Positions 37,494-48,956 are shown, counted from the stretch's first letter. The stretch: DNA of 64,000 nt from an uncultured Acidobacteriota bacterium (GCA_963702425.1 CAVPCQ010000016.1:52073-116072), one strand, 5' to 3'. Notes: generated by a model not told the origin, from the sequence alone. Made by a program: numbers and translations.

Positions 37494-39683
37494 CTACCTG
37501 TTCAGGACGAAGCCGGCAACGTACTCCTTGCGCTCTGCCACGCGCAGCCTCAGCACGTAGGTCCCGGGCGACAGGTCCGCCGTGCGCAGGTTGAAGTGCC
37601 ACTGCTTGCTGTTGGGGTTGTTGCGGAAGTAGCGGTCCGTCGACCCCGAGTCGTCGTTGAGGTCGATCGTCGAGAGGTCGATCGGGCCGGTCCCCACCCG
37701 GGTCAGCCCGACGATCTCCGTCGGCACGATGTCGCCGTTCTTCAGCACGTAGCCGCCGCACTTGAGGTACAGCTTGAGCGGTACGACGGAGCCGCGCTTG
37801 AACGGCTTCGGCGGGAAGGAGGGAGCGTCGCCCTCGGGAACCAGGCGCGACATCGGGGTTTGCAGGCCCCAGAGTCCGTCGTAGCTGCCGAAGTCGATCG
37901 CCGGGTCGCAGCGCCCGGTGATCCCCAGGTTGAAGGGGACATCCTGCTGCCAGGGCTGGCCGTCCACGGTTCCCATGACGCGGAGCACGAACGGCCGCGC
38001 CACGTCGCCCGGGTGCTCCGGCGGAAGCGCCAGCTCGAACGAATCGAGGCTGGCCTGTGGCGACAGTGTGACCGGCGAGCAATCCGGTACGGCGTCCAGG
38101 CTCAGCGCGGGAATGGTCGGGAAGTTCGCGCGATCGTCGGAGAAGAGGACGTTGAACGGCGCCCCGTCCGGGGTCCCGTCGCCGTCCTGATCGACCAGCT
38201 GGACCGGGTCGCTCATGAGCTTCGCCGTCACGCCCGTGATCGGGCGGGAGCCGACGTTCAGCACGGTGATCCACACACGGCCCGATTCGCCCGGGCTGAG
38301 GAGGCCGTCGCCGGTGCCGTCCTCGACCCGCACTGCGTACGGCGTGACGAAGGCCGGCCCCGGGTCGCCTTCGACCGGCTCGAGCCGGTTGAAGCTGCCG
38401 GCGGAGGCACTCTGGCCCTCGGTGCAGAACTCCTGCTCGCCGTCGGGGATGGAGTCGCCGCAGGCCCGGAGCACGCCGACGACCTCGCGCGCGAAGAAGA
38501 ACCGGCCCGCGCGGCAGATCGTCACGCTCTCGCCGGGGGGCACTTCCTGCTTCACGGTCGGTTGGTTGCAGGGGGTCGCCTCGGCGAAGCAGACGCTCGC
38601 CGAGCAGACCTCGCCGGCAGCGCAGGCGGTCTCGCAGCTGCCGCAATGGAGCGGGTCGCGCGCGGGATCGACGCAGTCGTCCCCGCAGCGGATCGTCCCG
38701 TAGGGGCAGCCTTCCGTCGGCGAGTCGGTGGAACCGCTGGAGAACCCGTAGACGCCGTCGGTGCCGAACTCCTGGCAGACGCCGTCGCCGCACGCCTGGC
38801 CTTCGCTGCACGCGCTGCCGCAGCCGCCGCAGTTCGCCGGGTCGGAGAAGATGTCCACGCTCTGGCCGGCGCAGCAGCTCTCGTTGTGATTGGCGGGCTG
38901 GAAACAGGCCCCGCAGTGCCGCTGGTCGTAATCGGTGTCGGTGCACTCGCCGTTGCAGCAGGTCTTCGTTCCCTCGCAGACGATGCCGCAGGCCCCGCAG
39001 TTGAGCTCGTCGTCGAGGTAGGAGACGCACTCGCCGTCGCAGAGCGTCTGGTGCTCCCCCTCGCAGCAGTCGGTCGTGCTGGTGACCTCGATCGCGATCG
39101 AGTCGGGCGTGTTGTTGGTGATCGTCTCGAACACCCCTTCGCCCGGGATGAACTCGCTCGTCGCGGTCGCCAGGACCTGCGGCGGGCTGAAGAACGAGAT
39201 GATGCTGGAGGTCAGCGAGGCCGCGGAGAGGGTCACGTCGGTGCGGGACAGCGAACGGCCCGGGACGCTGAACGGCCCGCGCGGGCCGACCGAAGAGTTC
39301 GTCGGCGTGAAACAGACGTCCTTGTCGCAGACCGAGCCGGTGTAGGAGTAGAGCGTCTGCCCGGTCTCCCAGTCCCAGATCGTGCCGACGCCGGCCGCGG
39401 TTCCGGCGCCCAGGCTGCTGGTGAAGCCGCCCGGGCCGGCCGACGGCCAGCGGAAGGTGAAGGTCTTGCCGACCGCCTTGTTGGTGATCTTGTTACGAAC
39501 CTTGGCCGGATAGCTGGAGATCACAGTCAGGTCGACGATGCTCTCGTTGGAGCCGTTCTTGTCCAGGTCGACGTTCTTGCTCGCGGCGCCGACGGGGAGC
39601 GCGATGCTCCCCATGAGCGCGATCCCGGCGAGCATCCCTCGCAGCGAACACAGGAATCGCGTACTGCGCATCTTCTCGATCAT
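37494..39683 (-). CDS. secreted cysteine-rich repeat protein
   Basis: Signal peptide (MLAGIALMGSIALPVGAAS). The central region carries repeated (D/N)xxxCGxCGxxC units (LNCGACGIVC, RHCGACF, ANCGGCGSAC, LHCGSCETAC). The C-terminal part looks like beta-sandwich sequence. Confidence 0.7.
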   Translation of the reverse strand: MIEKMRSTRFLCSLRGMLAGIALMGSIALPVGAASKNVDLDKNGSNESIVDLTVISSYPAKVRNKITNKAVGKTFTFRWPSAGPGGFTSSLGAGTAAGVGTIWDWETGQTLYSYTGSVCDKDVCFTPTNSSVGPRGPFSVPGRSLSRTDVTLSAASLTSSIISFFSPPQVLATATSEFIPGEGVFETITNNTPDSIAIEVTSTTDCCEGEHQTLCDGECVSYLDDELNCGACGIVCEGTKTCCNGECTDTDYDQRHCGACFQPANHNESCCAGQSVDIFSDPANCGGCGSACSEGQACGDGVCQEFGTDGVYGFSSGSTDSPTEGCPYGTIRCGDDCVDPARDPLHCGSCETACAAGEVCSASVCFAEATPCNQPTVKQEVPPGESVTICRAGRFFFAREVVGVLRACGDSIPDGEQEFCTEGQSASAGSFNRLEPVEGDPGPAFVTPYAVRVEDGTGDGLLSPGESGRVWITVLNVGSRPITGVTAKLMSDPVQLVDQDGDGTPDGAPFNVLFSDDRANFPTIPALSLDAVPDCSPVTLSPQASLDSFELALPPEHPGDVARPFVLRVMGTVDGQPWQQDVPFNLGITGRCDPAIDFGSYDGLWGLQTPMSRLVPEGDAPSFPPKPFKRGSVVPLKLYLKCGGYVLKNGDIVPTEIVGLTRVGTGPIDLSTIDLNDDSGSTDRYFRNNPNSKQWHFNLRTADLSPGTYVLRLRVAERKEYVAGFVLNR

Positions 39684-40058
39684 GGCCGTTGTCTCCTCCC
39701 GCGCGTGCCGACCGCGACCCGTCCCTTGGCCGAGGCCCCCCGTGGGCCGTCGTGAAAGCCGGTCAGCGGAAGAAGGGTACGCCGTGTCCGGCGCGAAAGC
39801 GTCCTGAAGTTACAGATACCTAATAGTAAGTTTTCCTTGTTCGGCCGAGACCGTTCCGGGGCGGCTATCTTGAATCCCCTGTATGGTTTGCCGCGCGGCC
39901 GAAGACCCGGCTTACCGAAAAAGGTGATTGACCTTCCCCGTCCATCAGCGTACGAAGTCGTTGGTTTGGTCTGCTCGGACGGCGCCCACCGCCCGCCGGC
40001 GTTCGGCGGGCTTCGCGCTCGTCCAGCGCAGCGAGCCTCGATTCAAGGGGAGGTCGGC

Positions 40059-43000
40059 ATGTCCGTTGGCGTGGCGTCACGCGTCGTGATTCGTCCGGCA
40101 ATTCTCGTCGTCGCTCTCGCGCTCCTCCTGGCGTTGCCTGCGGCAGCCTTCCAGCCGCGGCCGACCGCCGAGCGGTTCGACCACCTCGCCGTGGCCCACC
40201 CGGGCGCCACGATCGGGCGCGTGGGCGTCTCAACGACCGCCCTCCCCTCAGGCGACCCGCTCCGCACCGGTTGGGAGGCGTTCGTCGCCCGGCAGGACGG
40301 AGGGTGGGAGGCCTGGATCGACGAGCGCTCCGGCCTGCCGTCGCTCGCGATCGGCCGCGGCATCTCCTGGACGCCGGCCGGCGCGGCGACGACCCTCGAC
40401 GAACTCGCCGCGAAGGCGCTGCAGTTTCTCGAACAGAACCGCCTCCTCCTCGGCGACTGGGCGGGCCAGATCGAGCTCGACCGCGCGGCCTCCGGGCTGC
40501 TCGACGGGCGGATCTGGCAGATCTCGTTCCGCCAGGTGGTCAACGGCGTGCCGGTCGAGGGCTCGCGCTACGACTTCCAGGTCGCGGACGGGAACCTGGT
40601 CGCGTTCGGCGCGACCGCCTGGGGCAAGGTGCGCACCTCGCCGATCCCGCGCCTCTCGGCGGACGAGGCCCACGCCTCGCTGATGCAGAATCTCGGCACC
40701 GCGGCGCCGTCGACGCTGGAACTGCGCGGCATCCCGGAACTGCGCCTGGTGCCGGTCGACCCCGCGGGCGCCACCGCGGCCGCCTGGAATGGTCCGCGCG
40801 GCGAAGGGTACGGCCATCGCCTCGTCTGGCGCTTCACGCTCTCCGTGCCGGGCGAGTCGCCGACCTGGGTGGCCGAGATCGACGCCGCCACGGGGACGGT
40901 TGCCGCGCTCTTCGACGACACCCGCTACGAGCGGATCAAGGGCGGGGTCTACCCGATCTCCGATGACCAGCTCTGCCCGTCCGGCTGCGAGCAGCCGGAC
41001 TACCCGATGCCGTTCGCCGACTACTCCGTCGACGGCGTCGCGCAGCCCCCGACCGGCGACCACGGCCTCTACGAGTGCAGCCCCCCGGGCGCGACCGTCA
41101 CGACCCGCCTCGCCGGCCCCTACGTCCGGGTCCAGGACAACTGCGGGCCGATCTCGGAGAGCACGACCTGCGACAACCCGCTCGACCTGCGGGCCGGCCC
41201 GGGCACCGACTGCGTCGTGCCGGAGGGCTCGTCGGCCGGCAACACGCACTCCTCGCGCTCCGGCTTCTTCCACCTCAACCGTTCGATGGAGAAGGGCCGC
41301 GCCTGGCTCCCCGCCAACAACTGGCTCAAGCAGCAGCTGGTCGACAACGTCAACATCAACTCGACCTGCAACGCCTACTGGAACGGCGCGGTCAACTTCT
41401 ACAAGTCGGGCGGCGGCTGCCGGAACACCGGCGAGATCATGGGCGTCTTCGTCCACGAGTGGGGCCACGGGATCGACGCCAACGACGGCGGCGGCTACGA
41501 CAACCCGTCCGAGGCCTACGCCGACGTCGTCGCCCTGTTCGAGACCCGCGAGAGCTGCGTCGGACGCGGCTTCTACGAGTCGCAGAACTGCGACGGCTAC
41601 GGCAACGCGTGCATCAACTGCACCGGCATCCGTGACCAGGACTGGGACAAGCACGTCAACCACGCACCGTCCACCCCGTCCGGCTTCATCCAGAACAACT
41701 GCGGCGGCGGCGGCGGACCGTGCGGCAAGGAAGAGCACTGCGAAGGCTACCTGGCCGGCGAGACGGTCTGGGACCTCGCGGCGCGCGACCTGGTCACCAC
41801 CGGCGGCCTCGACCCCGATTCGGCCTGGCAGTTGGCGGAGAAGCTGTTCTACGTGTCGCGCGGAGGTTCGGGCGGCAACGCCTACAACTGCTCGCTCCCG
41901 AATGCCGACGGCTGCGCGACGACGAGCTGGTTCCAGAAGTTCCGCGTCGTCGACGACGACGACGGCAACCTCAACAACGGCACGCCGCACGCGGCCTCGA
42001 TCTTCGCGGCCTTCAACCGCCACGGCATCGCCTGCGGCACGGCCGCCGACAACTCGAACAAGAACTCCTCGACCTGCCCCGCGCTGGCCAAGCCGGTCAT
42101 CACCACGAAGGCCCTGACCAACGCGGTCGAACTGACCTGGGGCGCGGTCACGAACGCGGCGAAGTACAAGATTCTCCGCTCGGACCTGGGCTGCGACCGC
42201 GGGCAGATCATCATCGACTCCCCCGCGGCGCCGGCGACGACCTACACCGACTTCGACCTGGCGAACGACTTCACGGTCTACTACCGCGTGCAGGCGGTCG
42301 GCAGCAACGGCGCCTGCGAGAGCGCGGTCTCCAACTGCGTCGGCGCCTCGGCCGCCCCGTTCGCCGGCAACGTGCGCTTCCTGGCCGGGACCTACGGCTG
42401 CAGCAACACGATCACGCTCCGCGTGCGGGACGCCAACGTCGTCGGCTCCTCGGTGACGGTCACGGTCTGGTCGACGACCGAGCCGGTCCGCGAGACCCTC
42501 GTGCTCAACGAGACCGCGCCCGGTTCCGGCAAGTTCGAGGGGACGATCGTCACCACCTCCGCGCCCCCGCAGACCGGCGACGGCGCGCTCTCGATCCAGA
42601 ACGGCGACACGCTGACCGCGGAGTACATCGACGCCAACGACGGCTCGGGCGGTTTCAACATCGCGCGGCAGCACACCGCAACCGGCGACTGCGTCTTCCC
42701 GGTCGTCACCGGCGTGCGCGACGAGGGGGTCACAGACGTCGCTGCGACCGTCAAGTGGGACACCGACGAGCTCTCCGACACCCTGCTGCTCTGGGGCCCG
42801 ACGAAGCCCCCCTCGACCAGCACCGCGGGCGCGCCCCGCGTCGCGGCCCACGAGGTGCGGCTGAACGGGCTGACCTCCTGCACCACCTACTGGTACGAGG
42901 TTCGTTCCACCGATCCGGCCGGCAACATCGCACGGTCCGACAACGGCGGCGCCTGGTACCACTTCGAGACGCTCGGCAACTTCGGCGACGGTCTCCAGCC

Positions 43001-44771
43001 GTGTCACGCCGGCCGCGTCACATTCGACCGGCCGACGTTCTCCTGCGCCGACGGTGTCACCTTCCGCCTCGTCGACCAGGACCTGAACCGCAGCCCGGTC
43101 GCGGTCGACACCGCGGTCGTGCTCGTGACCAGCACCACGGAGCCCACGGGCGAGTGGGTGACGATCATCGAGACCGGTGCCAACACCTCACGCTTCAACG
43201 GCTCGATCGCGACTGCGGGCGGCGCGCCGGCCGCGGACGGGACGCTCCAGACCTCGAACGGCGACGTCATCAGCGTGACCTACCAGGACGCCGACGACGG
43301 CACGGGCGAGTCGCACATCTCCTACGCGACCTCGGTCGCGGACTGCGCCGGGCCGAAGATCGCCTCGGTCTCCGTCGACACGATCACGAACGCCCGGGCG
43401 ACGATCCACTTCACGACCTCCGAGCCGTCGGACACGGTCGTCGAATGGGGCACCACGCCGGCCCTGGGCCAGGTGACGAGCAATACCTCCAGGGTCACCA
43501 CCCACGACACCCTGCTCAACCAGTTCGACTCCTGCCAGACGGTCTGGTTCCGGGTCAAGACGACCGACCAGTACGGCAACCTGCGCGTCGCGGACGACGG
43601 CGGCCAGCCGTTCTTCTTCCACACCTCGCTGATCCCGGGCCTCTACTACCACGAGTCGTTCGAGAACAATCCGGTGGGCTGGACGCTCCAGGGGGAGTGG
43701 GAGATCGGCGAGCCCAGGGGGCTCGGCGCGTACGGCGGCGGCGCGGACCCGGCCGCGGCGTACAACAACCGCAGGACCCTCGGTCACGACCAGACCGGCC
43801 GCGGGGCGAACCTCGGCCGCTACGAGCCCGGCGTGAACGAGAAGGCACGGATGCCGGTGCAGACTGCGACGACGTGGACGCACACCAAGCTGATGCTCTA
43901 TCGCCACCTCGTCGCCGGCTCCGGCGACGACGCCGCGATCTGGATCTTCGCACCGGCCGGCCTGCCGCTCTTCCGCACCGACAACGCCCTGACGATCGAC
44001 CAGGGCTACCAGCTCGCCACGTGGGACCTCAGCGGGCAGATCGACGGCAAGCCCTCGGTCTTCCTCGAGTTCCAGCAGAAGGCGAACGGCGCGGACCAGT
44101 ACGCCGGCTGGACGGTGGACGAGATCATCTTCAAGGACGGCAGCAAGCCCGACTTCGGACCGTGCGGCAACTGCGGCAGCGCGCCGACCTTCGCCGGCGC
44201 GACGTCCGCGATCGACAACAACGCCTGCGGCGCGACCGGCGTCACGGTCTCCTGGGACGGCGCCCCCGCGTGGGGGACCGGTGCGAGCGGAACCTACTCC
44301 GTCTACCGCGGCACCACGCCGGGCTTCGCCGCGGACCCGGCGCACCGCGTCGCCAAGGGCGTCGTCGGGCTCTCCTACAACGACACTACCGCGCCCGCGG
44401 GGACGCTCTACTACCTCGTCCGGGCGGAGAACGACGAGACCTGCTCCAGCGGACCGCAGAACGGCGGCCTCGTCGATGACAACGCGGTCTATGTCCCGGT
44501 GACGGAAACGACCAGCCGGCCGACGCCCGCGGGAATCGGCGGCCTGGCCGTTTCCCGGCCGTCGCTGTCCCACATTCGGCTGTCGTGGTCGGCCGCCTCC
44601 GGCGCCACGGCCTACCGCGTCTTCCGCTCGCTCTCCCCCGCTCCCGGCGGCTTCGGCGTGCTGGGCGAGGCGAGCGGGCTCACCTTCGACGATCTCGGCT
44701 CGGGCGCCACGCTCGAGACCTACTTCTACCTGGTCCGCGGCCTCAACCCCTGCGGCACGGAAGGTCCTTAG
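40059..44771 (+). CDS. giant secreted zinc metalloprotease (FTP/PepSY-like propeptide, HExxH head) on the shared multi-domain stalk (protease A)
   Basis: SD AAGGGGAGG 6 nt upstream of ATG 40059, signal peptide, and GVFVHEWGHGIDAN...SEAYAD. Then FN3-like, two X-Y module pairs, a MAM/lectin-like domain and two FN3-like domains, ending TYFYLVRGLNPCGTEGP. Confidence 0.8.
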   Translation: MSVGVASRVVIRPAILVVALALLLALPAAAFQPRPTAERFDHLAVAHPGATIGRVGVSTTALPSGDPLRTGWEAFVARQDGGWEAWIDERSGLPSLAIGRGISWTPAGAATTLDELAAKALQFLEQNRLLLGDWAGQIELDRAASGLLDGRIWQISFRQVVNGVPVEGSRYDFQVADGNLVAFGATAWGKVRTSPIPRLSADEAHASLMQNLGTAAPSTLELRGIPELRLVPVDPAGATAAAWNGPRGEGYGHRLVWRFTLSVPGESPTWVAEIDAATGTVAALFDDTRYERIKGGVYPISDDQLCPSGCEQPDYPMPFADYSVDGVAQPPTGDHGLYECSPPGATVTTRLAGPYVRVQDNCGPISESTTCDNPLDLRAGPGTDCVVPEGSSAGNTHSSRSGFFHLNRSMEKGRAWLPANNWLKQQLVDNVNINSTCNAYWNGAVNFYKSGGGCRNTGEIMGVFVHEWGHGIDANDGGGYDNPSEAYADVVALFETRESCVGRGFYESQNCDGYGNACINCTGIRDQDWDKHVNHAPSTPSGFIQNNCGGGGGPCGKEEHCEGYLAGETVWDLAARDLVTTGGLDPDSAWQLAEKLFYVSRGGSGGNAYNCSLPNADGCATTSWFQKFRVVDDDDGNLNNGTPHAASIFAAFNRHGIACGTAADNSNKNSSTCPALAKPVITTKALTNAVELTWGAVTNAAKYKILRSDLGCDRGQIIIDSPAAPATTYTDFDLANDFTVYYRVQAVGSNGACESAVSNCVGASAAPFAGNVRFLAGTYGCSNTITLRVRDANVVGSSVTVTVWSTTEPVRETLVLNETAPGSGKFEGTIVTTSAPPQTGDGALSIQNGDTLTAEYIDANDGSGGFNIARQHTATGDCVFPVVTGVRDEGVTDVAATVKWDTDELSDTLLLWGPTKPPSTSTAGAPRVAAHEVRLNGLTSCTTYWYEVRSTDPAGNIARSDNGGAWYHFETLGNFGDGLQPCHAGRVTFDRPTFSCADGVTFRLVDQDLNRSPVAVDTAVVLVTSTTEPTGEWVTIIETGANTSRFNGSIATAGGAPAADGTLQTSNGDVISVTYQDADDGTGESHISYATSVADCAGPKIASVSVDTITNARATIHFTTSEPSDTVVEWGTTPALGQVTSNTSRVTTHDTLLNQFDSCQTVWFRVKTTDQYGNLRVADDGGQPFFFHTSLIPGLYYHESFENNPVGWTLQGEWEIGEPRGLGAYGGGADPAAAYNNRRTLGHDQTGRGANLGRYEPGVNEKARMPVQTATTWTHTKLMLYRHLVAGSGDDAAIWIFAPAGLPLFRTDNALTIDQGYQLATWDLSGQIDGKPSVFLEFQQKANGADQYAGWTVDEIIFKDGSKPDFGPCGNCGSAPTFAGATSAIDNNACGATGVTVSWDGAPAWGTGASGTYSVYRGTTPGFAADPAHRVAKGVVGLSYNDTTAPAGTLYYLVRAENDETCSSGPQNGGLVDDNAVYVPVTETTSRPTPAGIGGLAVSRPSLSHIRLSWSAASGATAYRVFRSLSPAPGGFGVLGEASGLTFDDLGSGATLETYFYLVRGLNPCGTEGP

Positions 44772-44798
44772 TCCACCGGAAAGGTGAAGGTACAGATC

Positions 44799-47700
44799 AT
44801 GACGCGCGCGCTCGTCGCCCTGGTGGTGGTGCTCGGCTTCACCTTCACGCTGGGCGGCGAGCCCGCGCTGCTGATCCGGCTCGATCGGCGCGGGCCGTCC
44901 GACCTTTCTGCGCTTGCCGCGGACGGTGTTCCGGTCGTCCTCGATGCCCAGACGCTGCTGCTGGTCCACGGTGACGCTGCGCGACTGGCGTGGCTGCTGG
45001 AGCGCGGCTGGAGCGCCTCCGTCGTCGACACCGGCCCCGGCCGATGGGACTACGTCCAGGCCGGGCTGCGCGACGACAGCGACATCGGTGCGCTCACGGT
45101 CGCCGGGCCGATCGTGATGTCGGCCGAGAACTGGGTCCTGGTGCGGATCCCGGCCGGCGCATCGCTCGAGCCGCTGACCCGCGCCGGGGCCTTCCTCTAC
45201 CGGCTCCCGCGGCACGGCATCGCCCCGCCGCGGGTCCCCTCCGAACCGGCCGAGACGCGCTCCGACTTCGGCTCCCCCGACCCGATCGTTCAGAAGATCG
45301 TGTCCGCCGTCAGCCCGGCACAGATCGACGACAACTGGCTCGACCTGACCACCAACCCACCGACCGGCACGCGCTTCTCATCCGCACAGGGTTGCCGCGA
45401 CTCCGCGACCTACTGCCGCGACGTCTTCGCCGGCCTCGGCCTCGGCGCCGAGCTGCAGAACTGGAGCGTCTCCCACGCGCCGAACGCGATCGGCACCCGC
45501 CAGGGGGCGATCGACCCCTCCAAGGTCTACATCGTGATCGGACACCTCGACGACCTTCCTTCGAGCGGGCCGGCCCCGGGCGCCGACGACAACGCCTCGG
45601 GCACCGTCAACGTCCTCGAGAACGCGCGCGCGATGAACTGCTGGGCCTTCCGCAACACCGTGAAGTACATCGCCTGTACCGGCGAGGAGCAGGGCCTGCT
45701 GGGCTCCGACGCCTACGCCCAGGACGCGCTGAACCGCGGCGAGGACATCCGCGGCGTGATCAACATGGACATGATCGCGTGGGCCGGGAACAACGCCCCC
45801 AATCCGGAGAATCTCGACCTCAACTACAACGGCCCGTCCCAGTGGCTGGGCGAGAAGTTCGCCGACGCGGCCACGACGTACGGCACCGGCCTCGTGGTCG
45901 ACGCCTTCTACTGCCCGTCGCTGACCGCCTCCGACCACGCCTCGTTCTGGGAGCGCGGCTGGCCGGCCGTCTGCGGGATCACCGACAACGAAGGCTACTG
46001 CGGCCACGCCGGGAATTACCCCTACTACCACCAGTCGACCGACACGATCGCCAACTGCGGCGACAAGCAGTTCTTCTACTCCGTCGTGAAGACCTCGGCC
46101 GCGACGCTGGCGGAGCTCGCCGGGGCGTTCAAGATCTCGTTCTCGAAGCCGACCTACGCCTGCGGAACGAACCTGACGGTCGTGCTCGGCGATCGCGACA
46201 AGGACACCAACCCGGCCACGCGCGAAACGGTGGCGGTCGAGGTCTGGAGCGACACCGAGACCGTGCCCGAGACGCTCGTCCTCACCGAGCGCACGGTGCA
46301 CTCGATGATCTTCGACGCCGTCCTGCCGACGACGACCGCCCCCCCGCTCACCGGGGACGGGCTGCTGTCGGTGGCCCCCGGCGACGCGCTTCACGCCCGC
46401 TACGTCGACGCGCTCGACTGCGACGGCGGGACGAACGTCCCCTACCTCGCCGACGCGCGCGTCGACTGCGTCGGCCCGGCGATCTCGGCGGTCGGCACGA
46501 CGGGGGTCAGCGACACCGCGGCGAGGATCGTCTGGACGACCGACGAGGCCTCCGACAGCGTCGCGACCTGGGGACCCGTGAAGCCGCCGGCCACGACGAC
46601 GCCCGGGAACCGCGACACGACCGCGCACGAGGTCAGCCTCTCGGGGCTGCAGTCCTGCACCGTCTACTGGTTCGACACGCGCTCAGCGGACGGCGCCGGC
46701 AACCTCGCGCTGGCCGACAACGGCGGCACGTACTTCCACTTCGAGACGCTGGGGAACTTCGGCAGCGGGCTGCAGCCCTGCCACGCGGGCCGCGTGTCGA
46801 TCGACAGGCCGACCTTCGCCTGCTCCGAGGCGGCGACCTTCCGGGTCACCGACATCGACCTCAACACCAATCCCGGGGTCGCGGAAACGGTGCTGCTCCA
46901 GGCCTCGTCGACCACGGAGCCGGCCGGCGAGTGGATCACGGCGACCGAGACGGGGCCGAACACTTCGGTCTTCGCCGCGTCGATTCCGCTGCAGGCGGGC
47001 TCGCCCACGCCCGGCGACGGCGTCGCTGGCCGTCGCAGACGGCGACACGCTGACCGCGACCTATCGCGACGCCGACGACGGCGCGGGGGCGCGCGCGATC
47101 TCGTACGCGACGGCGGCGCTGGACTGCGCCGGACCGCTCGTCTCGAACCTGCGCGCCGAGGCGATCACCGACGTCCGGGCGACGATCCGCTTCACGACCG
47201 CCGAGCCTGGCGACACCGTCGTCGAGTGGGGCACGACCCCGGCGCTCGGCCAGACGATCACGAACGCTGCGCTCGTGCTCGAGCACGCGGCGACGATCAA
47301 CCAGGGGAACAGCTGCCAGGCGCTCTACTTCCGCGTCCGGTCGAAGGACCAGTTCGGCAACGAGCGGGTCGCCTCGGAGGGGGGCGCGCCGTACCAGCTC
47401 CAGGTCGGCCGGATCCCGGGGCTCTACTGGAAGGAGAGCTTCGAGAGCGGAACGAACGGCTGGACGCTGCAGGGCGACTGGGAGATCGGTGCGCCGCAGG
47501 GCAAGGGCGGCTCCGGCGGCGGCCGGCCCGATCCCGCCGTGGCCTACAACCAGGGCAGGTCGCTCGGCCACGACCTGAGCGGCAAGGGGACCTTCCCCGG
47601 CGACTACGAGCCGGGGAGGACGGAGTTCGCCCGCAGCGCCGCGCTCAACGGCACGACCTGGCAGCGCACGAAACTGCTCTTCCAGCGCCGGCTGAACAGC

Positions 47701-48555
47701 GGCGCCGGTGACCAGGCCACCGCCTGGATCTACGCGCCGAGCGGCACCAGTTTCTACAACTCGAACAACCTGCCGGTGATCGAAAGCGAATGGTCGCTGC
47801 AGAGCATCGACGTGCGCTCGGCGGTCGACGGCAAGCCCTCGGTGCAGATCGAGTTCCGCCAGAAGTCCGACGGCGCGGGCAACTTCTCGGGCTGGAACGT
47901 CGACGAGATCATCTTCAAGGACGGCGCGCTGCCCGACTACGGCGCCTGTGGCGGCTGCGGGGCCGCGCCCTCCTTTGCCGGGGCGAGCGGCGCCGTGGAC
48001 ACCGACGCCTGCGGCGCCGGCGGCGTGACGGTGTCCTGGCAGCGGAGCGCCGCCTGGGGCTCGGGAGCCGGCGGCAGCTACGCCGTCTACCGCGGGCCGG
48101 CTCCCGGTTTCCCGGCCGACGCGGCGCACCGCGTCGCGAGCGGCGTGACCGCGCTCGCCACCACCGACGCCGGCGCGCCGGATGGCGCGCTCCACTACCT
48201 CGTCCGCGCCGAGAACGACGAAACCTGCTCGACGGGTCCCGGCAACGGCGGCGTGATGGACGACAACGCCGTCTACGTTCCGGTGACCAACACGGGGGTC
48301 CGGCCGCTGCCGGCCGAGGTCCGGACGCTCGCGGTCTCGATCGTCGGCGGTGCGCACGTCCACCTGGCCTGGAGTCCCGTGGCCGAGGCGCCGCGAACCC
48401 GCGTCTACCGCGCGCTGGCGCCGGAGCCGGGCGGGTTCTCGACGATCGGCGAGAGCACCGGGGCCGCATTCGACGATCTCGGCCAGGGAGCCGACCTCGA
48501 GACCTACTTCTACCTGGTGCGCGGCGTCAACGCCTGCGGCCAGGAAGGCCCCTAG
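44799..48555 (+). pseudogene. M28 aminopeptidase head on the shared stalk (protease B); one +1 frameshift at about 47022-47025 in the sequence as given
   Basis: M28 motifs IVIGHLDD...GADDNASGT...ACTGEEQGLLGSDAY...SDH. Frame 0 is sensible up to ...SPTPGDG, then frame 1 continues SLAVADGDTLTATYRDADDG..., collinear with protease A to the stop at 48555. Confidence 0.75.
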
Positions 48556-48566
48556 CGGCGCGCTCG

Positions 48567-48956
48567 ATGACAAAGCGCCCGAACAGGACGATCGATCGCG
48601 AGCGGCTGGTCGGCGGCTGGCGGCTCGTCACCTATGACCACATCGACATACGCGACCGCCGTCGTCCGGCGGCGGCCTGGTTCGACGGTCTCGTCGTCTT
48701 CGAGCCCGGCGGCTACCTGACCGTCGTGATCAACCGCGACGCGCCTGCCGACCGGCCGCAGGACGGGACGATCGCCTACGGCGCACGGTACGAACTGGAC
48801 GGCAACACGATCCGCAACGAGGTCCGCGTCGCGAGCGTGCGCCACTGGGTCGGCACCGTGCTCGAGCGGACCGCGACCCTCGACGGCGACCGGATCACCT
48901 TCGCGACCGCGAAGTCCGAATCCGGCCACTACGAGCTGATCTGGGAGCGGCTGTAG
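48567..48956 (+). CDS. lipocalin-like domain protein (129 aa)
   Basis: LVGGWRLVTYD...GYLTVVI...YGARYELDGNTIRNEV...LDGDRITF..., the pattern of small lipocalin-like beta-barrel proteins. The assignment is tentative. Confidence 0.55.
   Translation: MTKRPNRTIDRERLVGGWRLVTYDHIDIRDRRRPAAAWFDGLVVFEPGGYLTVVINRDAPADRPQDGTIAYGARYELDGNTIRNEVRVASVRHWVGTVLERTATLDGDRITFATAKSESGHYELIWERL

Noticed and set aside
41720-47053. Alternative-frame long ORFs inside the protease genes (41720..44479 +, 44990..47053 +, 40789..42117 +) as overlapping genes.
   Set aside because: Their composition is of the Arg/Gly/Pro shadow type, and the main frames carry all the recognisable domains.
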